From positions 111,292,001 to 111,356,000 of the forward strand of contig NW_024704742.1 of NCBI RefSeq assembly GCF_018977255.1: a stretch of DNA of 64,000 bases, given 5' to 3'. Numbering within the stretch: the stretch's first letter is position 1; the number at the start of each line of letters is the position of its first letter. The notes beneath the pieces were generated by a model. It did not search any database. It saw only the letters and a program-made list of their open reading frames with translations, and was not told where the DNA came from. A program made the translations under genes and the position numbers. Of the stretch, positions 62,291 to 64,000 are shown piece after piece. The stretch comes from Callorhinchus milii. Lineage: Eukaryota.

Positions 62291-64000
62291 CACTATGTGA
62301 AGATCGTCCATGAAATAAGTTAGATCTGATACCTTTTAGCACGTGTTTATTTTTCCTAATGGCAGAATCCTTTATATAACACACTGGTTTATGCCCTATC
62401 TTCAGGTTTTCAGTGCCTTGGGACATCCTCCCAACATGAAAGGCGCTATACAAGTGTAATTTTGCTGTTGTTGATGTTTGAAATTATCAATGAGGATCAA
62501 CAAGGTGTAAAAGACTTTTGTTGACTCTAGACTTTAATGTAATTGTATTCAGAGGGTGCTACTATTTGAAAAATAAAAATAATACTACTGTTACTAATCT
62601 TGATAACTAATCAAGCTCATCAGGATTTACCCAGCACCTTGGGACATCCTCCTGATGTGAAAGACGCTATATAAATGTCATTGTGTATTGTATGTTAAGA
62701 CTTTAAATTTAACAGCAGCAACTACTGGAATCAGTAGATGTGTCTTTTGTGATCTTGACGCAAGTTTTCAATTTAAGGATAAGACAACAACTTGCATTTA
62801 TACAGTGCAATTCATGTAAGATAACGGCACTGAGAACCTCACAGGGGTCAGTGTTACAGGCCCAGCAACAACAACAACAACAAGATTCCATTTATAAAGC
62901 ACCTTTCACGTCAAGAGGACGTCTCAAGGCACTGCACAGTTGGGTCAGGACCCGAGCAGGAGGAAATGGTCAGGGGGAGGGAAGGGAGGGAGCGAGGAGG
63001 GGGAAGAGAGTCGAGAGAGGGGAGCTGAAGGCTCGGTCAAAGAGAAAGGTTTTGAGACCGGCCTTGAAGGAGGAGAGGGAGGAAGCAAGGCGAAGGCACT
63101 GGGGGATGGAGAAAGAGCAAGAAAGGGAAGGAAGGTTATATAAAACACTGGCTTTTGCTTTACTCCATGCTGCAGTACCACTGAAAAAATGGCATATACA
63201 CAAGTACATTCCGAATATTTGTGTAGCTTTATTGGGAGTTTTTGGACATGCTCAAATCATTGAACATCTCAGAAAGTTTAGCTGCAGCACCACCTGTTGG
63301 CCATTGCAGCAAACATACTGTTATTGCATCAGTTTTATTTGCTGCAGGATCAACTTTTTTGCAGTGGATATTTTCAGTTTCACCTTAATTCTCAATAAAT
63401 GTTTCTGAGAATCAGGATTATCAAGATGAAGCTAGGTTGACAGTCAAATCACTGCAGCTTCTTGTGACAAAAACTGGTGAAGTCTCCTGCACTGGTTTAT
63501 TCTGCAATGGTTCTGCACTACCCCCAAAGGGATCGAACTATCATGAAACCCACCCGAATTTTTAGAGCAAGTCAAATTCTCTCGGGGTCAGAATAGAAAT
63601 ATTGCGCAATTTTAAGGAAATTATTGTTCTTGTCACCAAACTTTCCCCCAGTGACTAGAGGAAAATTGTCTTTGCTAACCTGTATAGAGTGACTCATCCA
63701 TTCACAGCCAACCAGTGGCCAAGAAAAGATGGCGGTGTCTGCCTTTGGTAGTAGCACAGACCGTGATTGAAGGCACAACCTCTTTAGGTCAATCTCAGGC
63801 CCTTCAGAGAGAACAGCGCTAAAGTCGGTAAGGGTTTTTGCAAGACAAAAGCAGCAATAAAAGACACTTCCCCATTGTAACAGTATAAATATAGAAACAA
63901 CATTAAATTCACAAATGCTTCCCAGCTTACAAAGCCTGAGCTTACTGAGACCATCCTAACTGTGTGAGATAACCAGTCGTATTCAACTAACCGCACAACA

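Noticed and set aside
63725..63736. YY1-type AAGATGGCGG as a promoter
   Set aside because: A single motif with no CpG island or other support.
60920..64000. POLR3G first coding exon (GRGR...FNIEAVG...PLFP)
   Set aside because: Not found. The TTTCCCAG|gtata site near 61350 has the wrong phase and no upstream homology.

Overview
Vertebrate nuclear DNA, AT-rich and dense in transposable elements. The repeat families suggest a cartilaginous fish, possibly a chimaera; this is inference. Two genes can be read exon by exon. LYSMD3 lies on + with a GC-rich first exon ending near 45170 and CDS 45634-45900 plus 48680-49327 (304 aa). POLR3G lies on - with six coding exons between 60918 and 53059, all phases consistent; its first coding exon was not found and probably lies beyond 64000. 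The two genes are tail-to-tail, as in other jawed vertebrates. A second CpG-rich promoter near 9.0-9.3 kb faces left with a GTGAGT donor. By recalled synteny it may be a non-coding first exon of ADGRV1, but no ADGRV1 coding exon was found. The rest is L2 and CR1 LINE fragments, an RTE-like LINE remnant, tRNA-Ala-headed SINEs, Deu-domain SINEs, two AmnSINE2-like copies, a fold-back MITE-like element, a possible solo LTR, a 1.56-kb minisatellite and two long C-rich tracts next to the promoters. Most long ORFs in the track are repeat artefacts. I found no clearly new protein system. The best leads are upstream AUGs in all three frames of the LYSMD3 leader, repeated SINE insertions into the tRNA head of older SINEs, and a candidate DR1/TATA alternative promoter near 36.2 kb. 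Family names come from recalled consensus sequences, not database searches, and repeat boundaries are approximate.
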